A stretch of DNA of 64,000 bases, taken from positions 32,673 to 96,672 of the IMG/VR virus record IMGVR_UViG_2713896909_000009. The stretch is one strand, 5' to 3'. Origin of the DNA: a virus (taxonomy: Duplodnaviria; Heunggongvirae; Uroviricota; Caudoviricetes). This document shows, in pieces, positions 32,419-42,915 of this stretch. The notes under the pieces are model-generated. The model was not told the DNA's origin, made no database searches, and saw nothing but the letters and a program-made list of their open reading frames with translations. Within the stretch, counting starts at the first letter, position 1. Each line of letters begins with the position of its first letter. The position numbers were made by a program, and so were the translations under genes.

Positions 32419-33234
32419 ATGAGCAAAAACTTTTTTCAATCCGGGGCATTTTTGGGGAATGGACTGTCTCGTTTCGCTTTGAACTCTGATCCTGTGCAGC
32501 TGATGGAGTCTGCCCGAGCAAGCGCCGAACCGCCAACAGATCCGGTTATTAATAATAATCCGGAACCGGCGGCACAGACTAACGATAACGTTCCATCTGC
32601 CCCGGCTCCTGAGCAAATCCTGGAAGGGAAAGACGGTAAAGAATGGACCGTCGAACAGGCGCACCAGATGATTCTGGAAGCTGCAAATCGAAGTGCTATG
32701 CAGAATGCGTTGAGTGATGCGGCCGACGCCGTTTTCGCCTGGGCTGATAGCGGTGATCTGACTTTCGACTCCCTTGATGGTTTCGTTCAGGCTATCGCTG
32801 GTATCTCTGATGACGACGACTCCGAAGTTACAGAAGAACAGGACGATGCCTATAACGAAGCATGGGCAAATGTTGCTGACTTCCTCGCAGCATGCGGTGT
32901 AGATGATGACCTGATCGAAGCACTGGCTGACGATGAAGACGACGACGCAGCTGCTGATGTTGGTGCCTCTATCGCTGGTTTAGATAGCGACGACCGCGAC
33001 GAACTGGAAGCGGCGTTTGTTGTTGCTGGCACTTCTGATGAAATGCTGACTGAAGCATTTAAGAAGGTTGTTCGTAATGGTGAGATCAAACTCATCCGTA
33101 AACGCCTGCGTAAAAAACGTCTGACTGCGGCTCAAAAATCGGCGCTGAAAAAAGCACGCCGTAAAGCCCAGACCGGCGCGGCAAAACTGGCCCGCAAAAA
33201 GTCAATGAAACTGCGCCGTAAGCGCCTCGGCTAA
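32419..33234 (+). CDS. hypothetical protein, acidic body with Lys/Arg-rich C-terminal tail
   Basis: Asp/Glu runs (DDEDDDAAAD) then KRLRKKRLTAAQKSALKKARRKAQ. Confidence 0.5.
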   Translation: MSKNFFQSGAFLGNGLSRFALNSDPVQLMESARASAEPPTDPVINNNPEPAAQTNDNVPSAPAPEQILEGKDGKEWTVEQAHQMILEAANRSAMQNALSDAADAVFAWADSGDLTFDSLDGFVQAIAGISDDDDSEVTEEQDDAYNEAWANVADFLAACGVDDDLIEALADDEDDDAAADVGASIAGLDSDDRDELEAAFVVAGTSDEMLTEAFKKVVRNGEIKLIRKRLRKKRLTAAQKSALKKARRKAQTGAAKLARKKSMKLRRKRLG

Positions 33235-33269
33235 AGGAGGAGGCCGGAGAACTCCGGCCTTTAACTTGA

Positions 33270-33851
33270 ATGGCACCTATACCTTATGGGGTTTACAGCC
33301 AGGCTGACGGTGTATCGCCATTTCTGAAAGTTACTTTAACGAACTCTCAGTACCAGGTTACCGGATATATCAGCCAGGGGGCGGCAATGAACATGGCCCA
33401 GAATTGGGAAGCACCTTTTACTGGTATGTCCATGGGTTCTGTTGCTGGTGCCTTCAGTGGTTTTGCGCAGGTTGGTACTGAAACAACGTCTGTTGCTCGT
33501 TGGAACAGCTTAATGGTTTGGGAAGGGGGAACACCGCCGACTTTCACGCTGCCAGTAACTTTCATCGCTTTGTTTGACCCATTCACGGAGGTTTCAGGAG
33601 CTATCGCCGCATTGTCAGCGATGATTAGCCCGGAACTCAAAGATGCCAGTATTGGTGGTCGAATCCCGGAGCGTGTGACGCTAAACATTGGTCGCCGGAT
33701 CAACATCATTGATGTCGCTATCCAGGACCTAAGTTTCGATCTCGATGCGCCCAGGGACAGCAACGGGCATTTCCTGAAAAATACAGTCAACCTCCAGTTG
33801 ACAGGTTCTTCGATATATAACAGCTCCGATATCATTCGGGCGTTCCAGTAA
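33270..33851 (+). CDS. hypothetical virion protein
   Basis: 193-aa ORF in the structural block. Confidence 0.45.
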   Translation: MAPIPYGVYSQADGVSPFLKVTLTNSQYQVTGYISQGAAMNMAQNWEAPFTGMSMGSVAGAFSGFAQVGTETTSVARWNSLMVWEGGTPPTFTLPVTFIALFDPFTEVSGAIAALSAMISPELKDASIGGRIPERVTLNIGRRINIIDVAIQDLSFDLDAPRDSNGHFLKNTVNLQLTGSSIYNSSDIIRAFQ

Positions 33852-33862
33852 AAGGATTTTAT

Positions 33863-34372
33863 ATGGGACACAATAACACTAAGGGAAACCGTAAATTTAT
33901 TAAGGGCCGTTATACAGCCAACGCGGCCAAAGGCGAACGACTGGTATCGTCTGAATTCCAGCTCACTTTTGCTGGCCATGAAGATATCAGCGTACTGGTT
34001 CGCACGTCGCAAATCCCTGAAATGACCCGCGAGGATGTGGAGGACTATGGTCCGAATGGTGTGAAGTTCAACCAGCACGGTCCAATCCGTAACTCCGGGG
34101 AAATCCAGGTCCAGTGCGTGGAGACTATCGAAGGTGATATTCTTCAATTCATTAAAGATCGCATTGCGGCGAAGGACTATGTTGATATCACTATGGCTGC
34201 AACTCCTGAATCCAAATCCTCCGGGGTTAAAGCTGTGACAAAAGCTGCTACAACAATTGAAATGTTGGACTGCAAAATCTACAGTGATGCAATCGACTTT
34301 AGTACCGAAGATGTGACTGCCGCTGTGCGCCCGTCACTTCGTATCGTCTACAACTGGATTGAGTGGGATTAA
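33863..34372 (+). CDS. putative tail tube protein
   Basis: 169 aa; size and C-terminal pattern (LRIVYNWIEWD) reminiscent of T4 gp19-type tube proteins; weak. Confidence 0.4.
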   Translation: MGHNNTKGNRKFIKGRYTANAAKGERLVSSEFQLTFAGHEDISVLVRTSQIPEMTREDVEDYGPNGVKFNQHGPIRNSGEIQVQCVETIEGDILQFIKDRIAAKDYVDITMAATPESKSSGVKAVTKAATTIEMLDCKIYSDAIDFSTEDVTAAVRPSLRIVYNWIEWD

Positions 34373-34543
34373 GTGTCATCCCTTGTATTTTTAAGCTCCT
34401 TCGGGAGCTTTTTTTATAACTATTTTATATAAGAATGCATCGATAACATTGTCTTGAGTTTTATGTTAGATTATTAATGTTCTAATAAACTACAATTATT
34501 GAGGTAGATGTTTGTGCCTGTACTGTTAAAGGGGGACTCTAAA

Positions 34544-35140
34544 ATGGCTGTGATTCCAATGTCGTACTCCCCGGGTACTGTCGCTCGTCGATTTTCGATC
34601 CTGGACGGAGTTACCATCCAGGGTGTGCTTTACCAGGTTATATGGGATTCCAAAACCCCATTTGCAGCTGTAATAGAGGCTGCGCCTTCTGTTATCGATG
34701 GTGATATGCGCCATAAGGTTGTCGCTACTCTTGAACTTCAACGCCGCCCGCAGCTTGAAGGCGTACTGGTAAGGAAGTTCTGGGAGGATAGCGATGTTGC
34801 CCAGATTGAAGGTATCGTGGTTGATGGAACCGTCCGGGATGTCGGTTTAGCCACTTTTGTTTATGAAACCGTAGCTTCAAAAGCCGGAGTTGTTTTGCTA
34901 AGTGACAATGAGCAATACGAAGGCGGAAAGGCTCTTTGGCAGCACATCGCTCGTCGTTCTTCCGAACTAAAAGTTTTTATCCTGGACACCGATACTGCTC
35001 AGTATTACCCATTTGATGGCGAACGTGTTTGCTATGACGGGAAAAGTATTCCTGAATCCGAGATATGGAGTGAACATCCGGATCGAAGTAAGCATGGGGT
35101 TGTTCTTGTCGCAGAATCCATAACTGGAAAGGCGGCATAG
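34544..35140 (+). CDS. hypothetical protein
   Basis: GGGGGA 8 nt before ATG 34544; no motif recognised. Confidence 0.45.
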   Translation: MAVIPMSYSPGTVARRFSILDGVTIQGVLYQVIWDSKTPFAAVIEAAPSVIDGDMRHKVVATLELQRRPQLEGVLVRKFWEDSDVAQIEGIVVDGTVRDVGLATFVYETVASKAGVVLLSDNEQYEGGKALWQHIARRSSELKVFILDTDTAQYYPFDGERVCYDGKSIPESEIWSEHPDRSKHGVVLVAESITGKAA

Positions 35141-35319
35141 CAGTAAAAAATTCCTTGCTCCTTGACAGAGGAGAGGATTAATCTAAGTACGCTAAGCATA
35201 GGTATGGCCCCGGTTAATGTTAAGCGTTGTGCGGGACGCATAATGTTTACTGGGGCTTTCTTTTATCTATTTTGGGATAATCCTGAATTCCGTAGTATTT
35301 GGCATCGGCTGCGGCTACA

Positions 35320-35571
35320 TCAGCGTTTGACTCTATTTCTATAGAAATCACCTGGAAGGGTGAATATCCACATCAGAAGAAACGTTGCAGCAAACATGAT
35401 CCCTAATGGCCAGAATATGCCAAAAAAAATCATTATCCAAAAACGATCCCACCAGGCCATTTCTGCATTAGCTCGCAAAATATATCGACTTAATGCGTAT
35501 ATCAGCCCACCGATTAGTATATAGATGAGAATAGATACCAGGATAGTCATAGCGTTAGTCTCAATGAGCAT
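35320..35571 (-). CDS. small integral membrane protein
   Basis: 83 aa with three hydrophobic helices (ILVSILIYILIGGLIYAL, IMIFFGIFWPLGIMFAATFLLMWIF). Confidence 0.45.
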   Translation of the reverse strand: MLIETNAMTILVSILIYILIGGLIYALSRYILRANAEMAWWDRFWIMIFFGIFWPLGIMFAATFLLMWIFTLPGDFYRNRVKR

Positions 35572-35630
35572 AACGAATATCGCCAGAGCAATGTATAAAT
35601 CCCTCTGCGCCGGGCAGAGGGACTAAATAG

Positions 35631-36146
35631 TTAAAATCGGTAACCGACACCAAGCATCCAAATGCTATTGCTTAGATCACCTGGTTTAGAACGTTCATAC
35701 GAGAGATCAACTGCAAACTGCGGAGCTGGGTTAAATTGAAGCCCAAGTCCATAAGCAAAATCGGTTCCAAAGCCAGCATATGACTGTCCATTCAGTTTTG
35801 CTGTTGCATCCGCATGGCTTAAACCCACCAAGCCGTATGCACTCATTAATTCATTGAATCTGTATGACGGACCAAAAGTAAATGAGGCATACTCAACCTT
35901 GGCTTTGGCGGCATTCCATAGGTTTGTGTTTGACTTTTCGTAAGTGACCGAAGCTAATCCACCCCACGTAGAATCCATTTCGTAGCGATATTTAATATTC
36001 ACGCCTTTTGGATCTTTTATATCTCCGCCTTTAACCGTTGCGCTTCCTTGGGCAAAGTCTAAGGAGAGTGTGTGCTGATATGCGGAGGCAGTCCCAGCAA
36101 CCCCCAAGGCACATGCCAGAAGGGCCGTTAAAACTACTTTTTTCAT
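35631..36146 (-). CDS. outer-membrane beta-barrel protein of the Ail/Lom/PagC/OmpX family
   Basis: Signal peptide MKKVVLTALLACALGVAGTASA, alternating beta-strand pattern, C-terminal GVGYRF; low-GC surroundings. Confidence 0.85.
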   Translation of the reverse strand: MKKVVLTALLACALGVAGTASAYQHTLSLDFAQGSATVKGGDIKDPKGVNIKYRYEMDSTWGGLASVTYEKSNTNLWNAAKAKVEYASFTFGPSYRFNELMSAYGLVGLSHADATAKLNGQSYAGFGTDFAYGLGLQFNPAPQFAVDLSYERSKPGDLSNSIWMLGVGYRF

Positions 36147-36241
36147 GGAAAAAGTTACCTATAAAAACGTTAAAAATAATACTGGTGACAAAATAGTGTG
36201 TATTGAGCGTTAAATACACGTAAAGATTCTATCATTCGCGA

Positions 36242-37084
36242 TCATCCGCGAAAACCAGTTGGAATATAAAATTCCTTTTCTTTTCTTGTAGATAGGACCA
36301 TATCCAGAGCTTCGTTTACCGTCATGCAATGCGGCAGATTATCGAAGTTTGATATCCCGCCCATATCAGGAGAACGCTTGTTCTTCAGGTAAGCATATTT
36401 CCGCGCTGCCGCCTCTACTTTCTGCTTGAACTCATGTTTTTGAGAGCGTTTTTTGGATAACCGCAGATTGTCAGCCTTTGCTTTTGCCTCAGCGATCCAT
36501 GAAGTCAATTTTTTGAGTCTGGTCGTTCCGGCACCGCCGGAAACTGATCTTTTTGTTTTTTTAATTTGTGACTTCTTATTCTTTATTGCCACGTCATCCT
36601 GACAGGGGGAGGGGCTATCATTTTGACATGGGGATGTGGATAAAAAATCGAATAAAGCCAATGTCTTAGCGAGAACAGCTTTAACCTTGGTTGCGGCTGA
36701 AGAGATCTTCAATTTGCTTTCAATTAGCGCATTTTTGGCTTGTTGAGCAAAGGCTAAAAAGGATGGTGTAAACCGGTACAGGTTAGCGCGGCGTTCACGG
36801 TGATCGCCGATAACAATCTCTACCGACAGGATTCCTTTGTTTACAGCTTCACGGAATGCGCGAACGACGGTTGATTGGCTATAACCAGTTTCTGCCGCGA
36901 TCATGCGGTGAGGCTTGTGAATGAAGTATTCACTGGTTGTTGCCGCGAGATTTGCACATTGCGACAGGATATGCCCGGCGCTACGGGATAGACCGGAGTG
37001 TGTTACAAAGCAGGCCAATTCATAGCCAGAAAAAGTAAAATCGCTCATCGTTATACAGCTCAGGAAAGTGACTTTAGCCAGCAT
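36242..37084 (-). CDS. repL: lytic replication protein RepL-like
   Basis: 280 aa directly downstream of kilA as in the P1 kilA-repL operon; HTH-like segment QSTVVRAFREAVNKGIL. Confidence 0.55.
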   Translation of the reverse strand: MLAKVTFLSCITMSDFTFSGYELACFVTHSGLSRSAGHILSQCANLAATTSEYFIHKPHRMIAAETGYSQSTVVRAFREAVNKGILSVEIVIGDHRERRANLYRFTPSFLAFAQQAKNALIESKLKISSAATKVKAVLAKTLALFDFLSTSPCQNDSPSPCQDDVAIKNKKSQIKKTKRSVSGGAGTTRLKKLTSWIAEAKAKADNLRLSKKRSQKHEFKQKVEAAARKYAYLKNKRSPDMGGISNFDNLPHCMTVNEALDMVLSTRKEKEFYIPTGFRG

Positions 37085-37113
37085 TACAATGCTGGTGGTT
37101 CTTACTACGTCTG

Positions 37114-37914
37114 TTAGCGCGTTGCCGCGACAGGTACCAGCACACCAGCATCAAGCAATCGCTTCATCAGCCACTGCTGACCTTTGCCGGTTATACGAGT
37201 CGTGAAAGAAATCCTGCTTCCATTGCTTGTATCGATCACGGTTTCTTTGAGGGTGAAATACCCACGGGATATGTATTCTTGCTTGGGAACGTTCCTGCGT
37301 TCACCAGTTGCGATCAGAATTCCGTTATCACGCAACCAGGTGAAGAGATAGTTTTGGCCCAGGCCGAGAACTTTGGCATAGTTGCCGATTAGAACCCCGC
37401 TGGCGGTAGCAACGCGTTCGGCGAATTCGACTTTAGGAGCATCCATAAGCATTTTTTGCTCCAGCCGTTGCTTTTGCTCTGCCAGGTCGGCAGCCAAACG
37501 GAGAGCTTCAGGGAGACTCTGCGGAATAGCAGGTTGTAATCTTCCGGCTCGATAGTCGATAAATGTCTGGTTTACCTTCAGCCGAAACGCGGGAGAAATC
37601 CAGCCTGCGTACTCCACAGCGAGCAATTCATGGGCAAAAGTGCCGCCGCCACGGCCCTCGAACGAAACTATGCAATTCTGCATAGTTTCTTTTTCAAGCT
37701 CTTCAATGAGCTGTTTGGCTGATTGCGTTCTTAGCCATTGAGCTGGCGCTTTATGGGCACCGAGTCCGCTCGCTCTGTGTAGAGCATTAAGGTTGTAACG
37801 GCCAGCGCGGTCGGTCGTAATTTCAACACCACAAATAACAGGCAGAGTGGTTGAAGGATCGACATTTTGATGAAGGTTTGGTATATTCATATCCGCATTG
37901 AATGTTTGTTGCAT
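37114..37914 (-). CDS. kilA: KilA (KilA-N domain plus antirepressor-type C-terminal domain)
   Basis: KilA-N-like N-terminus (YNLNALHRASGLG ... AQWLR); C-terminus homologous to Ant C-terminus; C1 operator upstream. Confidence 0.75.
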   Translation of the reverse strand: MQQTFNADMNIPNLHQNVDPSTTLPVICGVEITTDRAGRYNLNALHRASGLGAHKAPAQWLRTQSAKQLIEELEKETMQNCIVSFEGRGGGTFAHELLAVEYAGWISPAFRLKVNQTFIDYRAGRLQPAIPQSLPEALRLAADLAEQKQRLEQKMLMDAPKVEFAERVATASGVLIGNYAKVLGLGQNYLFTWLRDNGILIATGERRNVPKQEYISRGYFTLKETVIDTSNGSRISFTTRITGKGQQWLMKRLLDAGVLVPVAATR

Positions 37915-37983
37915 TTTTTCTCCAAATTTGCATCAACCTTCAATCACCAGCTCGAAATGGTGATTCTTTGCACTTAGAAAACG

Positions 37984-38000
37984 AAATTTATTAGAGCAAA
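37984..38000. promoter_or_regulatory. C1 operator-like site upstream of kilA-repL
   Basis: AAATTTATTAGAGCAAA, about 16 of 17. Confidence 0.55.
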
Positions 38001-38553
38001 TTTTTCTGACTCGATCCAGATCGGGTTGGTCGATCTGCTCAGAAACCTGCCAGTTCGCTGGCAGGTTTTTTTGTATAAGGCGTTTTTCAATGTGGATTTG
38101 TGGCTGGCTAAAACGAAAAAGGCCACAGGTTTTACCCTGTGGCCTGTTCGGGCGCAACGCGCTGCTGTTACACTGCGAACTAACGCCCTTCAATGTTGTT
38201 ATGCAATGTGGAGAAGTGAGGCAATCACTGATGCCAACACAGAACTTGAAGCTCCGATGATGACAGGAACAATGATGTTGGTCACAATCCACTTGCAAGC
38301 TTTTTGAAGAGTCATTACGAAGCTCCGCATACTTGCAACAGCAACTGCTTGCGGCTATCCTCTTGTTGTTCAGACATAAGGAATGCCCTCGCTGGTTGCC
38401 TCCATGCAACGTTGTAGCGAGGGTTTTTTCTGTCTGGAGGCTACGCATCCAGGAGTTCATAACCCCCGCATAACGTTGCGCCTCCCCTGAAAAACAGGGT
38501 TGGGCATATCGTACACATGCCTGTAATTTATGGCAAATCCTGGTCTGAATACG

Positions 38554-39600
38554 TTAAGACAAGGACGCCACTGGTTTTAACAAACCAGCATCAAGTAGCT
38601 TGCGAGTTAACCACTGCTGGCCTTTACCCGTTAATTGGGGCGTCAGCCGTATTTGGTAGCCATTTTCATCATCCAGTACCACTTCTTTCACCGTGAAATA
38701 CCCGGCGTTGATGTACTGTTGGCGCGGTACGTTTTTGCGCGCACCAAAAGCCATGAGAATGCCGTTCTGGCGCAACCATGAGAAAAGGGCGTTTTGCTTA
38801 AGCCCAACGACCTTTGCAAAGTTCCCGATCAGGATTCCATTAGCCACTGATACCCGGTCGGCAAAATCGACTTTAGGGGCAGCGGCCACCAGCTGTTGTT
38901 CCAACTGCATTTTCTGTTCTGCCAACTCGGCGGCCAGGCGTAGAGCTTCTGGTAATGTTTGGGGGATCGATGGAGTAGGGGAGTTTGCCTGCTGCAATTC
39001 TTCTAGTTTGTCGATCAGCGAACGGCGGACAGCTTTTGATTCGCGCGCGGCGACTCGCAGGGCTTGTTTATAGGTCATGGTTATGACCTCAAAAGAGCGC
39101 CCGGCCCTTGTGCCATGGGATTTTGCACTTTTGGTGTAAAATTCACCTTCAAGTTCATCGAGTATTTTTTCGATGAATTTATTGTTTCTAACCTCTGGTT
39201 CTCCACATAACTTACGTGCCTCATTGACCATCTTCAACAATGTTTGGCTGTCGATTGTGTCTCCGGTGTTGGGGATGACATTCACGGCTGGAGATGGCGT
39301 AGCTGAAGCAACAGATGCAGGTTTTTTAACATTCAAATTATTACTGGTCATTCTATGTGCCTCCTTTCTCATTTCTGCTGCCACTGTTGCGTAACGTAGA
39401 CGTCCTTGTTCAATCAAATAATCCCTGATCTCGGTTATCAGTAGCCTGTTGATCACAGCCTTATCTGTTCGGGTATAAAAACGCCTGGTTATCATGAAAT
39501 AGTTGGCAATTGCGCCGGGGATCTCCCGTGTCGGCATACAGGTTGTATGCAAAGCGATCGCTTCGGCTATTTCATTCCGGGTGATGAGAGTTTTTTTCAT
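38554..39600 (-). CDS. ant1: antirepressor Ant (Ant1 form)
   Basis: 348 aa; C-terminal antirepressor domain paralogous to KilA C-terminus; downstream of icd. Confidence 0.75.
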   Translation of the reverse strand: MKKTLITRNEIAEAIALHTTCMPTREIPGAIANYFMITRRFYTRTDKAVINRLLITEIRDYLIEQGRLRYATVAAEMRKEAHRMTSNNLNVKKPASVASATPSPAVNVIPNTGDTIDSQTLLKMVNEARKLCGEPEVRNNKFIEKILDELEGEFYTKSAKSHGTRAGRSFEVITMTYKQALRVAARESKAVRRSLIDKLEELQQANSPTPSIPQTLPEALRLAAELAEQKMQLEQQLVAAAPKVDFADRVSVANGILIGNFAKVVGLKQNALFSWLRQNGILMAFGARKNVPRQQYINAGYFTVKEVVLDDENGYQIRLTPQLTGKGQQWLTRKLLDAGLLKPVASLS

Positions 39601-39818
39601 AAAACCCCCTGAACGTCGGCAGAGAAGGGGAGGTTCCAGTAACTAAGTGAATTGCGCGAGTTAGTTGAAAAACGGGCAGTAAAAATGCAGGGGCCATCAG
39701 GCAATTGAGAGCGTGCTTCGTCTTCAGTTGCTGCGATAACGAAGTGATAGTGGTGTTTTTTACAGGAATAGAAACGCCAGATGAATTCTTGGCGTGCGCA
39801 AGGATTGGCATTAACCAT
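39597..39818 (-). CDS. icd: Icd-like small protein (interference with cell division)
   Basis: 73-aa ORF immediately upstream of and overlapping ant, as in P1 immI. Confidence 0.55.
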   Translation of the reverse strand: MVNANPCARQEFIWRFYSCKKHHYHFVIAATEDEARSQLPDGPCIFTARFSTNSRNSLSYWNLPFSADVQGVL

Positions 39819-39849
39819 AGTTACGGCCTCACTAACAGGTTTAACAACC

Positions 39850-39960
39850 TGCTACCCGCTGCTAAACAGGTGGCAGGACGTGACGGGGTTAGCAGACTGG
39901 CGTTAGTGAAACCAGCAGGCCGAAGCCTCCCCATCACGCCCCACCATAATTTGGGCGTAA
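39850..39960 (-). ncRNA. candidate c4 antisense-RNA region (approximate)
   Basis: Between operator and icd; short mutually complementary segments (CTGCTAA / TTAGCAG, CCTGCT / AGCAGG); boundaries not determined. Confidence 0.3.
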
Positions 39961-40133
39961 CGCGGTTTTACGGACACAAAAATACCGCAATATCGGATAT
40001 CTGCGGTTGTCCGCACTAACATTCAGGCTGCTAAACCCGGTCGCAGAATTTGCTACGACGGCGGAACTATAAGCCTGAACGATTAAAAGGTCAATATGAT
40101 GCGAAAAGATAGCATTCGCGACTTAAAAATACA

Positions 40134-40150
40134 AATTTATTAGAGCATTG
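40134..40150. promoter_or_regulatory. C1 operator-like site upstream of the immunity operon
   Basis: AAATTTATTAGAGCATT, about 16 of 17. Confidence 0.55.
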
Positions 40151-40397
40151 TTTGTGTAACAAATGCACAAATGGATCTAATAACCTCTTTTTTTTAAAGG
40201 CGAAAATATGTACCCTAAATGGGTTATAAGGCAGGTGAGGTTATAATGAGAAACTATTATTACCGTTATTATTTATGGCTGGGACTGTTAATGCAGCATC
40301 AAGCGTAAAGGAGATTTGTACCGATTATACGAAATACCTTGGGCAAGTTTACGCCTTTGCGATCAATGACTATTAATCCATGCGTAGGAGTGGATTT

Positions 40398-40715
40398 ATG
40401 CTGATTCGTTTGTTTTTAGTGCTTTCCTTTTTAACATTTAATGTTTTTGCTGATGAAGTTGACTTTTCGAAGGTAGATTGCAATTCAGTGGAAACAAGAA
40501 AAGCTCTTATTGAAGAATATAACGAAATATTATCGTCATATGGAATAACAGTGGTTGATTCTTATAATCAAAAAACTATTCAGAAAGGAATAAATAAACT
40601 GGTCTGTTATGGGGTTTACAAATATTCAGATGGCTCTTCGGAGTATGTTATTTATAAAGCATACCCAAATAGTCTTGGTGAATTAATTAGTGAGTTTAAA
40701 CCGATTAATGAGTGA
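40398..40715 (+). CDS. secreted small protein (possible superimmunity sim-locus protein)
   Basis: Signal peptide MLIRLFLVLSFLTFNVFA; low-GC island adjacent to c4 side of immunity region. Confidence 0.45.
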   Translation: MLIRLFLVLSFLTFNVFADEVDFSKVDCNSVETRKALIEEYNEILSSYGITVVDSYNQKTIQKGINKLVCYGVYKYSDGSSEYVIYKAYPNSLGELISEFKPINE

Positions 40716-40722
40716 ATGGAAA

Positions 40723-41502
40723 ATGAAATTATTTAATGTAATAACATTTTGTTGTGCTATTTTTGCTGGAAGCGCGATAGCTGATAATAAATTGCCAGAT
40801 TGGCTTTCTACCTCAAAGAAAGATTATGATTTAGTAAGGGCATTCTATTTGTCTGGATTTGCTTCGAAAGCAATGAACAATCAATTTGGTTATCATTTGC
40901 CATCTGAGTTGGTTAATGATTTTAAAGATAATGAATTTGCTGCTCAGGAAAAATGGAACACAATTCCAATTGTGTATGGTGAAATAAAATCCATAAGAAT
41001 GGTGAATAATAAACCAATTGTAGAGTTATTTACTCCAGGGGAAAATGCAACGCCACTAAATTATATCAAATTGAAAATATTGGATTCAAAGCAAGACTCT
41101 CTGTTAAAACTAAAAAAAGGGGATGATATATATGCAGTGTGCTCCGGTGCTAATTTTAGCTTAGTGCCAATTCTGAGCAACTGCACTCCAGCAACAGACG
41201 TCATTGATGCTGCACTCTCTTTTTCTGGTGAATATATGTTCCCTGCTTTTGATTCTTTTTCACCTACTAAGCAAAACGTCAAATATATATTCACAAATCA
41301 AGATCCTGTTCAGATGATGAATTTTATAGGGTACCTATCCTTAGTCGATACAACGAAGGATAAGAATAAAATGGATATGGTTCGTAAGTGTACGCCTTGG
41401 AAGCCGGAATGTTCACAACAATTCGTTGATGTAATGGAAGGATTTGATAGCATCATGTATAAATATGAGGGAGAATTTAAAAATTACATAGAATTAAAAT
41501 AG
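40723..41502 (+). CDS. secreted protein (possible SimC-like superinfection-exclusion protein)
   Basis: Signal peptide MKLFNVITFCCAIFAGSAIA; low-GC; position matches where I recall P1 sim. Confidence 0.45.
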   Translation: MKLFNVITFCCAIFAGSAIADNKLPDWLSTSKKDYDLVRAFYLSGFASKAMNNQFGYHLPSELVNDFKDNEFAAQEKWNTIPIVYGEIKSIRMVNNKPIVELFTPGENATPLNYIKLKILDSKQDSLLKLKKGDDIYAVCSGANFSLVPILSNCTPATDVIDAALSFSGEYMFPAFDSFSPTKQNVKYIFTNQDPVQMMNFIGYLSLVDTTKDKNKMDMVRKCTPWKPECSQQFVDVMEGFDSIMYKYEGEFKNYIELK

Positions 41503-41688
41503 TATTTGAAAGGATAGTTAATTTAAGTTTTAAAAAAACGCCCATTAAAGGGCGTTTTATTGTTTTACTCAAAACAACCTGATTATGTGATAACCATATC
41601 ATATCCCTCATTCCACCTACACTGATTACCCCCCCAGACAACAATATTCCTACTCAATGAACAAATGACTACTCGTAGAATCGGTTAA

Positions 41689-42279
<591 letters not shown>

Positions 42280-42289
42280 GAGGGCTGAT

Positions 42290-42901
42290 ATGGGGTTTAA
42301 TGTTGCTTCAGTAAAGTCTTATGTATCTTCGGCATTAACGACGACATTATTTGGCTCCGGCGTTGGTGAGCGGGAAGTCGGTAAGCTGACGTCAATCATC
42401 ATGAACAAAATGTTGTTCGCGCAAGGATGGCAGTTCTCTGTCGAAGTTGATGGACTGGAGGGGGCAGACTTCTTTGCCAAAGACATTACCTACCACGATT
42501 ACAGCATCGAATATGAAACGATTAAAATCGGCGGAGGGAATATCCTTCAACCAACGGAGCGTTCGCCTGGGCAGATAACAATGATGGTCAGGGATACCGT
42601 TGATGGCCTCGTTTTGGACTGGTTTAAGACGGCAAAAAGTCGGGTGATTAATCCAGACGGTACCGGGAATATACCGTCTAAATATTTGCTCAATGTGCGT
42701 ATTTATCGGTTGCTGTCTTCCGGCTTAACCAAACTGGAAAATGAGATGACTGTATTCCCGGTCACTACCGGCGATGTCACCTATGCGCGGGATCAGGTTA
42801 CGGAATTTAAGTCATTCCCAATGACCTTCGCATTGCACAGCACGTTTAACCAATCCTCAAGTTCTTTGGCTTCCCTTCTGGGCTTTAGTTTTTCTCTTTG
42901 A
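42290..42901 (+). CDS. hypothetical protein (structural operon)
   Basis: 203-aa ORF upstream of sit. Confidence 0.45.
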   Translation: MGFNVASVKSYVSSALTTTLFGSGVGEREVGKLTSIIMNKMLFAQGWQFSVEVDGLEGADFFAKDITYHDYSIEYETIKIGGGNILQPTERSPGQITMMVRDTVDGLVLDWFKTAKSRVINPDGTGNIPSKYLLNVRIYRLLSSGLTKLENEMTVFPVTTGDVTYARDQVTEFKSFPMTFALHSTFNQSSSSLASLLGFSFSL

Positions 42902-42915
42902 ATTAAGGAGCAAGG

